The position numbers and the translations under genes were made by a program. The notes beneath the pieces are model-generated. The model ran no database searches. It had not been told where the DNA came from and was given only the letters and a program-made list of their open reading frames with translations. Below, piece after piece: positions 10,657-19,430 of a stretch of DNA of 64,000 nucleotides. Source of the DNA: a virus. The DNA lies in IMG/VR virus record IMGVR_UViG_3300027896_000001, positions 64,001-128,000 of that record; one strand, given 5' to 3'. Positions within the stretch are counted from its first letter, which is position 1. Every line of letters begins with the position of its first letter.

Positions 10657-11067
10657 GTTTGATGTTTCCACATTCAAAAAATAGTAACCGTTTTCCATTT
10701 TATCGCTTATCATTTCAGAAGCTAAACCAACTCCTGAACATGAGATGGTTCGAGATTCGGTATCAACAACAAACCTGATGCCTCGAAATGAAAAGTGTAA
10801 AAATTTATCAAGTTTGTCAGCCGCTTCCGCAGGAGTATTTTCTGTTTGTTTTGCAAAAGCAGCTTGCTTTTTTCTATCGATTATTTCGACATCTTTAGGT
10901 GTAAGAGCCACAATACATCCATCTGCATTTTTAGGTTCTCCCATATAATCATTACCTTCAAGTATGAATTTTTTAACATCTACACCTTCATTAAACGCGA
11001 CAACCGCGTGAAATGTAATTTTTGCGTTTACTTTTGTGCTTTTTTTTCTCTTCGGTTTTTCAAGCAA
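10654..11067 (-). CDS. Hypothetical protein inside the ncRNA array
   Basis: AAGGAGG RBS, TTG start, AT-rich coding composition; its stop lies in the arm of cassette B. Confidence 0.75.
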   Translation of the reverse strand: MLEKPKRKKSTKVNAKITFHAVVAFNEGVDVKKFILEGNDYMGEPKNADGCIVALTPKDVEIIDRKKQAAFAKQTENTPAEAADKLDKFLHFSFRGIRFVVDTESRTISCSGVGLASEMISDKMENGYYFLNVETSN

Positions 11068-11091
11068 TTATTCCTCCTTGGTAAAAAAATA

Positions 11092-11120
11092 TGAAAGGGG
11101 AGATTTTAATCTCCCCTCTC
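11092..11120 (-). terminator. Terminator-like or processing hairpin after cassette C
   Basis: gaggggagat/atctcccctt stem followed by a T-rich tract on the minus strand. Confidence 0.5.
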
Positions 11121-11123
11121 TGT

Positions 11124-11324
11124 TTGCAATATAACTTGATTGAACGTGATGATCTGCTACGGGCGAGCGACGGACCAGTATCCTTCCTAAGGATACCTGG
11201 TCCCGAGCGAGCCCGTTGCCAGATCAGAGCGGCTTCCTGCCCAATTGGGCAGGAATGGGCTTGTTTTGTGCTATTAGCACATACCAGGCGAAACACCTGG
11301 CGCCCTACTAAGCTTATATTGCAA
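11124..11324 (-). ncRNA. Retron-like msr-msd cassette C (201 nt)
   Basis: IR ttgcaatataa/ttatattgcaa; G at 11313 opposite G at 11135; TGTTTCG hairpin at 11284-11300. Confidence 0.75.
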
Positions 11325-11335
11325 TTTTTTTATAT

Positions 11336-11610
11336 GAAATTAATACAACTAAATTCGATATTTTCTAGGGGTCATCAGGAGACTGTAGGGACCAAAAAGT
11401 CTGGTGCGCAATGCGGGCAGCAGAATTCTGACAGTCGTCACGTTCAGATTTCTCGTAGAGACATCGGAACGTGACAATCGTCAGAATTATGCTGACGACA
11501 TGGAGCACCAGACTGTTGGTCCGGGAAGGATCCTGATGACTGGGAGAAAATCCCATAGTTACTCTATAATGCTGTCGAAACAACAACGTAAAAAATCTTG
11601 TATTAATTTC
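11336..11610 (-). ncRNA. Retron-like msr-msd cassette D (275 nt)
   Basis: 13-bp IR gaaattaatacaa/ttgtattaatttc; G at 11597 opposite G at 11349; TGTTTCG hairpin at 11571-11587. Confidence 0.75.
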
Positions 11611-11615
11611 TAACA

Positions 11616-12273
11616 AATTTGCATAACTAAATTGAGCGGTAACTTCGATATGGAGAAAAAGGCTGGATATTTTACAAATTTCGCAAGGAACCGAATTGAA
11701 CGGCTTGACGGACGAAATTTGCCAGCTGGGTGGACCTGAGATCCGTTGAGTCGTGCCCATGAGGTGGGGAGCAAAAGGCCGAAGGCCTTGTGAGCCACCT
11801 TGATGGGCAAAGACTCAGAGGATCGGTGGTCCAAGAAGCTGGTAAATTTTGTCGACTAGCCGTTTCAGATTCCGAGAAATTTGTAAAATTGATGCCGGTT
11901 GGTCTTCTTACGCTGCGAGCGCAGTCCGAGGGCTTTTACAATTTCTTCTTCAGGCTGAACCTGAAGAAAAATTGTAAAAACGTAGGACAAGCGAGGGACG
12001 TAAGAAGATCAATTTTCGACATATCGAAAAGGACCGGGACATAGCCTTCGAGGATGAATCAACGCAAATTTTCGAGTACGAACGTTCAAGCGACGTTCCA
12101 GACAAAGCTCGAGAAGACCACTTCTCGAGCTCTGTCTGGAAAAGGAACTGAACGTCCGTGCGAAGTAAATTTGAATTGATTTATCCGGGTAAGAAGGCGT
12201 TCATTTATAACACTTATTCCTGAACGAAACATTCAGGTCGAGATCGGGGACCTCGAAAAAACTTATGCAAATT
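11616..12273 (-). ncRNA. Retron-like msr-msd cassette E (658 nt)
   Basis: IR aatttgcataa/ttatgcaaatt; G at 12262 opposite G at 11627; TGTTTCG hairpin at 12219-12237; three long stems in the body. Confidence 0.75.
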
Positions 12274-12377
12274 GTTTTAAACACAACGTTTGCGCTATGC
12301 TGACGTGCCGGTTCCTCCGGCATGTGGCTTTAGCCCTTGCAGCATGGCGCTGTTAGGTGCTGTAAAATTTGTTTCCA

Positions 12378-13160
12378 TTATTTGTTTTTGCGCCTCTTCA
12401 TTAATTTTTCTTTTTCGGCTGACGTGAGCGAACCCAGGTCGAGAGAGCCGCCAATCTCGGTGGGCAGTTTCAGCCCAGCGGCTGACGTGAGCGAACGCAG
12501 GTCGAGAGAGCCGCACTTTGTGGGCAGTTTCAGCCCAGCGGCTGACGTGAGCGAACCCAGGTCGAGATAGCCGTCAATCTCGGTGGGCAGTTTCAGCCCA
12601 GCGGCTGACGTGAGCGAACCCAGGTAGAGAGAGCCGCCAATCTCGGTGGGCAGTTTCAGCCCAGCGGCTGACGTGAGCGAACCCAGGTCGAGAGAGCCGC
12701 CAATCTCGGTGGGCAGTTTCAGCCCAGCGGCTGACGTGAGCGAACCCAGGTAGAGAGAGCCGCACTTTGTGGGCAGTTTCAACCCAGCGGCTGACGTGAG
12801 CGAACGCAGGTCGAGAGAGCCGCACTTTGTGGGCAGTTTCAGCCCAGCGGCTGACGTGAGCGAACCCAGGTCGAGAGAGCCGCTATATATTCCATTTTTG
12901 CACGTCTCGCCCATTGCCCAATTGAAAAACTCAACGAACGACGGATAATGATTTTTCAACCGCTCGTTACATTCCTGCTCAGTTATTTTATCAGTAGGGG
13001 CAACGCGGCAGACTATTTGTCCGCTCGGTAAATAGTGCCCTTCGCGCCATAGCTTTTCGTTCAACTCCAATTTCGCTTGCGTCTCGCTGTGCGATTCTAA
13101 ATTAAAAACCGCGACGTCCCCATTATCGGGGCGATGAAAAAAACTGATGAATTGGCACAT
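12378..13160 (-). CDS. LRR-like tandem-repeat protein
   Basis: About 7.5 copies of GSL(D/Y)L(G/R)SLTSAAGLKLPT(KC/EIG); AAGGA RBS. Confidence 0.85.
   Translation of the reverse strand: MCQFISFFHRPDNGDVAVFNLESHSETQAKLELNEKLWREGHYLPSGQIVCRVAPTDKITEQECNERLKNHYPSFVEFFNWAMGETCKNGIYSGSLDLGSLTSAAGLKLPTKCGSLDLRSLTSAAGLKLPTKCGSLYLGSLTSAAGLKLPTEIGGSLDLGSLTSAAGLKLPTEIGGSLYLGSLTSAAGLKLPTEIDGYLDLGSLTSAAGLKLPTKCGSLDLRSLTSAAGLKLPTEIGGSLDLGSLTSAEKEKLMKRRKNK
12417..12881. repeat. 60/63-bp near-identical tandem repeat, about 7.5 copies
   Basis: Core ggctgacgtgagcgaac occurs 8 times; unit length is 60 or 63 bp. Confidence 0.95.
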
Positions 13161-13393
13161 TGTATTTCCTTTCTTGTTTTAGGCGCAAAAACCTATTTAT
13201 ATTGCCTTGACAAATTTTATTGCATCCCAACTGAGATTTGATTCGTGATGGTTGCGCGAGTGGAGGTTGGTATAAAATACAACGTCTGCGTCGGTCGCAG
13301 AAGCGTTGTATTTTAGACCTACCGACTCGAGCCAACTATCGCGACCATTAACAATATAACAGCTCGGTCGAAACAACCGAATGAAACTTGTGT

Positions 13394-14512
13394 TTATTTT
13401 TCTTTCGGAACACCCTCTCCGAGCATTGTGTCGGCGGCTTTTTTGCCAAGGTTTTCCGGAATTATTGATTCTCCCTCAGGCCGCTCTACCACGTCTCCGG
13501 CAATATCCCCTTCGTCGGCATCAGGAGGAAACTGAACTGCGATATCTCTTTGCTCGTCGATATTTACTGGAACAGCCCCTTCAACATCAATAGCTTCTTC
13601 CATAGCGGATTTTGAAGCCTCAAGAAGTTTTGCACTTGCGTCTCCGAGTAAAGATACTGCGCCGGCTTCTCCTATCATTCTGGACTGTTTTGCTTTCGAT
13701 GCTAATCCTCTTTTTATCGGTTCCATTACAGAATCGATAAACTCTGGAGTCGGCATTATATCCGTAATGAACACATCACGGCCGCCTGACTTTACCTTAC
13801 GATGAATGAGGAATAGTTTTGCTCCAAACATCCCATCATAAGGAAGAGGTTTTCCCGCTTCAATTTGTTTTACCATGTGGGCTGCTCTTAGCAGCATTGT
13901 AAGATCTATAAATGCGGATTCGAATCCGACTATTGTGTTAATGCTACGAGTTTCAAATCTGTAAGGATTAGGAGCTAAATCAATAACAGGAAAGCATTTT
14001 AGCAATCCCATTTGTTTGCATTTTCCTGCTTTAAAATCAGGACATTCATGAAACAGACATCCGCTTTCGGGAAATCTTATTTCCCATTTGCGGTCTGTTG
14101 CCCCAACAATAAGTTGTTTTGCTTCGGTGCCTTTTCCGTGAGACTTGCACAGCAGGCCTTCACTAGAAGAATATTTTGCCAAATAACTTTCCCACATATC
14201 AGGAACTTCTTTGGCAAGACAGCATACCTCAACTCTTCTTGGTTGAGGACTTTTATTATTTGCTGATTCCAGCATTTTTTGAATAGGTTCATTTAAAACC
14301 CATTCTTTTACTGCTACAATTTTCTGTTCTCTCCCGATGCGTTGCGTCTTTACTATTTCTTTAAGCATTCTATAAAATCCACAAGCGACTGGAGAATTAA
14401 CAGTATTTGGCGGTTCAAGAGGCCCGTATCCAGTGGATATTTTTCCACGATATTTTGTTACCTTGGTGGGCTCTCCATTTTCATCATGAGTCATTCCTAC
14501 TATCAAGAGCAC
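13394..14512 (-). CDS. Recombination protein, Gp3-like (recombination directionality factor-like)
   Basis: GKISTG, LLCKSHG, C..HECP..CKQMGLL pattern; sits beside the SSB-like gene. Family assigned from memory. Confidence 0.45.
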   Translation of the reverse strand: MLLIVGMTHDENGEPTKVTKYRGKISTGYGPLEPPNTVNSPVACGFYRMLKEIVKTQRIGREQKIVAVKEWVLNEPIQKMLESANNKSPQPRRVEVCCLAKEVPDMWESYLAKYSSSEGLLCKSHGKGTEAKQLIVGATDRKWEIRFPESGCLFHECPDFKAGKCKQMGLLKCFPVIDLAPNPYRFETRSINTIVGFESAFIDLTMLLRAAHMVKQIEAGKPLPYDGMFGAKLFLIHRKVKSGGRDVFITDIMPTPEFIDSVMEPIKRGLASKAKQSRMIGEAGAVSLLGDASAKLLEASKSAMEEAIDVEGAVPVNIDEQRDIAVQFPPDADEGDIAGDVVERPEGESIIPENLGKKAADTMLGEGVPKEK

Positions 14513-14541
14513 CTCCTGTAAAAAATAAATCTGTTAATTAA

Positions 14542-14570
14542 AACGCCCTTGCGTCAACACAAGGGCGTTC
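14542..14570. terminator. Hairpin terminator
   Basis: aacgcccttg/caagggcgtt stem. Confidence 0.55.
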
Positions 14571-14584
14571 CCTTTTTGTGTTGA

Positions 14585-15340
14585 TTAAAAATCTTCTACA
14601 TCAGGAACATGAGGAACCGCACTCGCATCTTCTCCAATTCCAACATCTCCGTGATCTACTGCTCCAGCGAATGATGGAGCATCGGAGGTATCAGAAGCCG
14701 GCGGCGGCACGCTTGGTCCTGGCAACACGAAGGTTTCGCTTTTATCGCCTTTTCTTGCCTGGACAATATTTTTAACCGTAAGGCGCGGTTTGCCGTCTCT
14801 GCCGAGAACTTCATCTACTATTGCCATTATTTGTTCCTTCATCTTGTGATCTTTCACAAGTTTGAAAGAACCATCGCGCTGTTCTTCGAAATCAGCCTGA
14901 AGATACTCGTGTATCCATTCAGGAGTTATAGAAATGCTCTTTGCTCCGGTTAATGCATAAAGGCGCGGTTTTGTAAACCTCATTATTTTATCAATTGCTT
15001 CTTGTGATGGCGGTTTTCCATCCGCAGTGGGACCTGGAGAAAGAACGATATTCATGAAAATACCGGATCCTTGTGGAACGCGCGGCGTTCCATCTACGAC
15101 TTTTAAATTAATGGTAAGATTAAGACTTTTCTTTTCAGCTGATATGAAAATATCAGGAAACTGTTTTGCATCTTCGCCTTTTTTACGATAGGCAAAAGTG
15201 GTGATTTCGCACAGGTAGTTTCCGGGTGCCGATATAGGAATCGCCTTTAATTCAATAGGCGCCCTATCAACAGAATTTTGTACCGCTTGTTTTTGCTCTT
15301 CGCTCTGAGCTGAAAAAAAGCGACTTAGTGCATCTCCCAT
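14585..15340 (-). CDS. Putative single-stranded DNA-binding protein (DUF669-like)
   Basis: PGNYLCEI motif, flexible tail, acidic end DVEDF; replication context. Confidence 0.55.
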   Translation of the reverse strand: MGDALSRFFSAQSEEQKQAVQNSVDRAPIELKAIPISAPGNYLCEITTFAYRKKGEDAKQFPDIFISAEKKSLNLTINLKVVDGTPRVPQGSGIFMNIVLSPGPTADGKPPSQEAIDKIMRFTKPRLYALTGAKSISITPEWIHEYLQADFEEQRDGSFKLVKDHKMKEQIMAIVDEVLGRDGKPRLTVKNIVQARKGDKSETFVLPGPSVPPPASDTSDAPSFAGAVDHGDVGIGEDASAVPHVPDVEDF

Positions 15341-15406
15341 TTAATCCTCCAATTCAGGTTAAAAGTACCATAATTGTTATTACAAAAAACTTAAGCTAAT
15401 AACTTA

Positions 15407-16096
15407 TTAAAAAGGCAATTCATCATCCTCAGTTACATAGGTTCTTTGAACGGTATTAGTCCCTATTGGATCAAATTGAGTCAGGAACTTTTCGACATCG
15501 ATTTCAGGTCCTTTTATTTTTTCCCAATCGGTGTCTATAACGTCTATTGGGTCTCTGCGTCCCCAAAACTCATATTCTATCCTTATTGGATCTATTTCAA
15601 TTCCAAACGGTTCAGGATCGAATAATTTAAATTTGTCAAGAACCCATTGAGGAACATACTCTTTTTTATGAGCATTTATCACATCATCATCAGTTGCTAA
15701 AAGAATGGCGACCATTTCCCTTTCAAGCCAATCTCCTTTTTTTAATACATCTATTCTGAATACAGAATGAACCTGGAGATATTGCTTTAATCCTGGGGAA
15801 AGGCTGATTATTTCCTGTAACATTTTTTGACGATATGAATTTCTTTTTGTCACCTCAAATAAAAATGCAGTATATTGCTGAGCAGTGTTTTCAATTCTTT
15901 CGCAAAAACCGCAATTTATATAAAAATTACATAATTGTTGAAGCTCGTTGTTTTTCCAATCATTCCAATTTATATACTCTTTTTTTTCCAAATTTTTAAC
16001 TAGCTCCGAAAGCCTTCCGCGCCTCTTGATTGATTTTAGCATTAGATTGAGCCGCTGAATATTCGAGAATATTAGATGTCTGTGCATTGTCTCCAA
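15407..16096 (-). CDS. Hypothetical protein with acidic C-terminus
   Basis: 229-aa ORF ending EDDELPF; start uncertain. Confidence 0.6.
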   Translation of the reverse strand: METMHRHLIFSNIQRLNLMLKSIKRRGRLSELVKNLEKKEYINWNDWKNNELQQLCNFYINCGFCERIENTAQQYTAFLFEVTKRNSYRQKMLQEIISLSPGLKQYLQVHSVFRIDVLKKGDWLEREMVAILLATDDDVINAHKKEYVPQWVLDKFKLFDPEPFGIEIDPIRIEYEFWGRRDPIDVIDTDWEKIKGPEIDVEKFLTQFDPIGTNTVQRTYVTEDDELPF

Positions 16097-19000
16097 GCTC
16101 CAATCTTTTTGTCAACCAGTTATTGAATTGGATTGTTTTTCTATACGTTCCTTTTTTTGTTCTTGAAAAACAATTTCTTGAAGTCAACAGCCCTATTAAT
16201 TTGGGAAGTGCTTCAAATATTTTTAACCCCGTACTGGTGCTTTGATCTGTTTTTGCATCAGGTATTGAGACGAGCCGTGTTTGCACTCTTTCAAGATAAT
16301 CATAAAATACCTGTTGAATATGTTTATCTGTAAATTCCTCTTCGTGGACAAGTTCTTCAACGTCGATATATTTACAGATATTCTCCATGAAAGACATATC
16401 TCCAAGTTTTTCCTTCTTGTATTTCATTTTAGAATAATCATCCAATCGCATGTTTTTGTGGCAATATAGATAATTAAGAAACTCTACAATGAAATCGATA
16501 TGTTCTTTCTTTACAAATATTTTATTCCAATCATCATCAGGAATTGAATAAACCATAGACGCCACTGATACTGAAAGGCGCACAAGTTTGGCTCTCATTT
16601 CTTGATTTACAAGTTGTGTGGATGAATGATATCTTTGCATCATTTCAATTTGGGCTTCATTGATTTTTTCTTCAAAACCCTCTTCGAAAATAATGTCTTC
16701 CGGCTTTCTTGAATAAACCCACCGTATCAATGTTTGGCACTGAAACTCGGTGAACTCGGTGGCTATTGCTTCATAAGATGCCGAAAATTCTTTTACATCA
16801 ACATCATCTTCCCTTACCACAAACCCAATATCGAATCTTGCAAGTATTTCATCCTTGAAACACAAATCCTTAAGGAACTGTATTCCATATGTCGGACTTT
16901 TAACATCCTCGGATTTCCATGTTCTTTTGTTTGACAACATGATTTTACGAGTTCTTGCAACCATTCGTCCTGAAACAATACCATCGATTGACGCTATTCC
17001 GTCTGATCGGCATCCGGTAAGGTCTGTTAATGTTGATTCGGTTATATTGCTAAGTTCGTCTATTATTACAAGCCCGCCATCATTCATGGGTATTTTTCCC
17101 CATGAAATTCCATTTTTATTATTGAATGAAGTCATGCCGCCAAGCAACCCGGACCTCGTTACCGCGCTGGAACCAATGATGAAATCTCCAATTTTATAAT
17201 GATTATGAAGAAATCTTGACACCATTGTTTTACATGTGCGGGTATCTCCGGCTATGATGGATTCAAGCCATCCTCTAGTTATTGCCGGCAATAATTTTTT
17301 GTTGTGAATTTCCAATGGGGAGAAAAAAGTGAGATCGTTTATAAGGAAAAGCTCACGTCTTCCACTTACACCTGCCGCATTGGCAAAAATATCATGTCGT
17401 CTTTTGATATGTTCTTTAAGTGTTTCATTTGCTTTAGGCCTGAAAACCTGAAGAATTTCATGAGTAGCTTCGTCCATTTTAAAAGTTTCAATGCATGTGG
17501 CTATAGGTTCAGCCTTGTAAATAAATAAAACAGCTTCCTGCCCATCCCACGCCTGAGTTTGAAATGCTTCAAATTTATAAGACCTATTCGGGTAGATATC
17601 ATCTTCTCCGTCCATATAAGCTTCGATATCTATCTGCGCCCCGCCTGTGTTTACAGACTTCTGAGATTCTCCATATTCATTAACATCCTTGGATAGCCGC
17701 ACATGGAGAAGTTTTCCGGGAGGAACCGAACCTTCTCCTATTACAACGGAATTACATCTTGAATTTATTCCGCATAAATCCATCTGTTGTTGTACTTTTT
17801 GTTTATGCGTCACTTCTATTAATCCAAGAATGTCATGTTCCGTTATTTTGATATAACTTCTGTCATTCGTATATTCTTTAGGAATTTCTCTTACAAAATT
17901 AAATGTAAGAGAATGTTCTGTTTCAAAATTTGGCAATGTCGGTAACATGCAATTAGCGCACATTCCCATCTTTTTCTTTTCCATACTGCATCCCATATGA
18001 AGGCATTCTACTACCACTTGTTTGGGATACAATAATGCATTACAGTTAAAATCACTTACAGACGCTATAAGTTCAACAGCCCTTGTTCCTCCATTAGAGA
18101 AATATTTTGGCATTCTGCATTCCTGTATAGTAACTTTAAAAATTTCTTTTTTAGTCCTGTCCAAATTTTGAGTATAAACCATTAATGATTCGACAAGTTT
18201 TTCAAACCTTAATTTTGCCGTATCATTAAAACCGTTCTTTTTCATATAATCAGTAAAATCTTTTTCAATCCTTTTAATTTTTTTCTTATCACCGACAGTG
18301 ATTTCTTTTACCAAGTTAGGATCTAACCCATATGGGTTAGTCTCTGACTTATCCAGATTGACGATTTTGATTTGCTTTGCGTACGGATAGAGGGACTTGG
18401 CGAGTTTGCCGGCGGCGATGATTCCCGCCTCATCTGAATCGAGGCAGATGACAATTTCCTTTCCCATGAATATCTGCCGTGCGCGCTCCTGCCCGAAGAC
18501 CCTGTCGACATCTGTTATTGCTTCAGAACCGAACGTGACACCGTTGATGCCGAAAGCGTTGGCGCAATAGGTATCCGGCTCTCCGCCGAAGAAATAGATA
18601 ACCTGATGTGTAAAATTGTTGATTGGAACCGGGCCGTTTTGATAACCCTTATAGGGATAACTCCATTTGTAATCGGGATTTCCGCGCGGATCGTACGCCT
18701 TGATGTTGATGCAGTCACCTTCCGCATTAATGACGGGGAAGATGAACTTGCCGCGGTCATTGACGCCAAGGCGGTATTTCTTTATTTCTTCAGGAGTGAT
18801 TTTTCTTGTTTCGTACAGATAGGCCAGATCGACAGGACTGTTGAGAAGTTTTTCGACATATCCATCGATTTCCGCTTTCGGAATTGTTATCGCTTGTTTT
18901 GCGAATTCAAGAAGTTCGCCTGATAGTATGTGTCTTTTTCCCGTGCTTTTAAATCTTTCGTTTTGCAGCATTTCGCTAAGCGTGCGAAGTTCCTGGCAGT

Positions 19001-19382
19001 TTTTCTCGTAATCAGGATCAGTTGTTGATGTTGAGAATTTTATCGATGCGCTCGCCGCGATTCCTAGGAAGTCGATAACCCAATCGGTATAACTGTCGCA
19101 ATTTGGTCCTTTAATATTTTCTGTCCAGTAGCTTTGAAGATTTCCTTTTATTCCGCACGCAAAGCAGTGCCACTTCCCCGTCCTGTTGTCCACCGATAGC
19201 GATGGATGAGTATCAACGCCTTTACCATGGGCCTCTCCATTCCAGCAATGGAAATTGCCGTTGGCACCCTTCTTCCACCCCAGCTTTTCATAAAGCTGAT
19301 GATAATGATTCTCCGATAATATTTCCACTGTTGCGAACAATGCCTTTAAATCATCTTTTTTAATTTTATATTTATCTCCCAT
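15996..19382 (-). CDS. Primase-helicase fusion: CHC2 Zn finger, TOPRIM primase and MCM-type AAA+ helicase
   Basis: HCW..H..D..PSLSV..WHCFACG; GEPD and CLDSDEAG; GDTRTCKT, TRSGLLGG, GKIPMNDGGLVIIDEL, ILARFD. Confidence 0.85.
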   Translation of the reverse strand: MGDKYKIKKDDLKALFATVEILSENHYHQLYEKLGWKKGANGNFHCWNGEAHGKGVDTHPSLSVDNRTGKWHCFACGIKGNLQSYWTENIKGPNCDSYTDWVIDFLGIAASASIKFSTSTTDPDYEKNCQELRTLSEMLQNERFKSTGKRHILSGELLEFAKQAITIPKAEIDGYVEKLLNSPVDLAYLYETRKITPEEIKKYRLGVNDRGKFIFPVINAEGDCINIKAYDPRGNPDYKWSYPYKGYQNGPVPINNFTHQVIYFFGGEPDTYCANAFGINGVTFGSEAITDVDRVFGQERARQIFMGKEIVICLDSDEAGIIAAGKLAKSLYPYAKQIKIVNLDKSETNPYGLDPNLVKEITVGDKKKIKRIEKDFTDYMKKNGFNDTAKLRFEKLVESLMVYTQNLDRTKKEIFKVTIQECRMPKYFSNGGTRAVELIASVSDFNCNALLYPKQVVVECLHMGCSMEKKKMGMCANCMLPTLPNFETEHSLTFNFVREIPKEYTNDRSYIKITEHDILGLIEVTHKQKVQQQMDLCGINSRCNSVVIGEGSVPPGKLLHVRLSKDVNEYGESQKSVNTGGAQIDIEAYMDGEDDIYPNRSYKFEAFQTQAWDGQEAVLFIYKAEPIATCIETFKMDEATHEILQVFRPKANETLKEHIKRRHDIFANAAGVSGRRELFLINDLTFFSPLEIHNKKLLPAITRGWLESIIAGDTRTCKTMVSRFLHNHYKIGDFIIGSSAVTRSGLLGGMTSFNNKNGISWGKIPMNDGGLVIIDELSNITESTLTDLTGCRSDGIASIDGIVSGRMVARTRKIMLSNKRTWKSEDVKSPTYGIQFLKDLCFKDEILARFDIGFVVREDDVDVKEFSASYEAIATEFTEFQCQTLIRWVYSRKPEDIIFEEGFEEKINEAQIEMMQRYHSSTQLVNQEMRAKLVRLSVSVASMVYSIPDDDWNKIFVKKEHIDFIVEFLNYLYCHKNMRLDDYSKMKYKKEKLGDMSFMENICKYIDVEELVHEEEFTDKHIQQVFYDYLERVQTRLVSIPDAKTDQSTSTGLKIFEALPKLIGLLTSRNCFSRTKKGTYRKTIQFNNWLTKRLELGDNAQTSNILEYSAAQSNAKINQEARKAFGAS

Positions 19383-19430
19383 AATACCTCCTAATAAATA
19401 AAAAGACCTTCAGAAATGATCTAAAGGTCT

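Larger units (their letters stand above)
12278..13396 (-). ncRNA. Retron-like cassette F (about 1.1 kb), apparently enclosing the repeat-protein gene
   Basis: IR taaacacaa/ttgtgttta; G at 13387 opposite G at 12287; TGTTTCG hairpin at 13364-13380; plus-strand hairpins at 12292-12350 and 13243-13344. Confidence 0.55.

Noticed and set aside
9774-12044. ORF-track entries within the cassettes (9774-10163, 10126-10311, 10406-10618, 10464-10673, 11060-11296, 11091-11474, 11365-11760, 11610-11834, 11790-12044)
   Set aside because: No convincing RBS, atypical composition and mutual overlap; explained by GC-rich structured non-coding sequence.
12417-12881. Diversity-generating retroelement TR/VR pair
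   Set aside because: The repeats are in-frame tandem units, differences are not adenine-specific, and the RT has retron motifs with no avd-like gene evident.
9755-13396. CRISPR array or MITE cluster
   Set aside because: No identical direct repeats with 30-40 nt spacers and no cas operon. Each unit has a different IR, and I see no target-site duplications or transposase.
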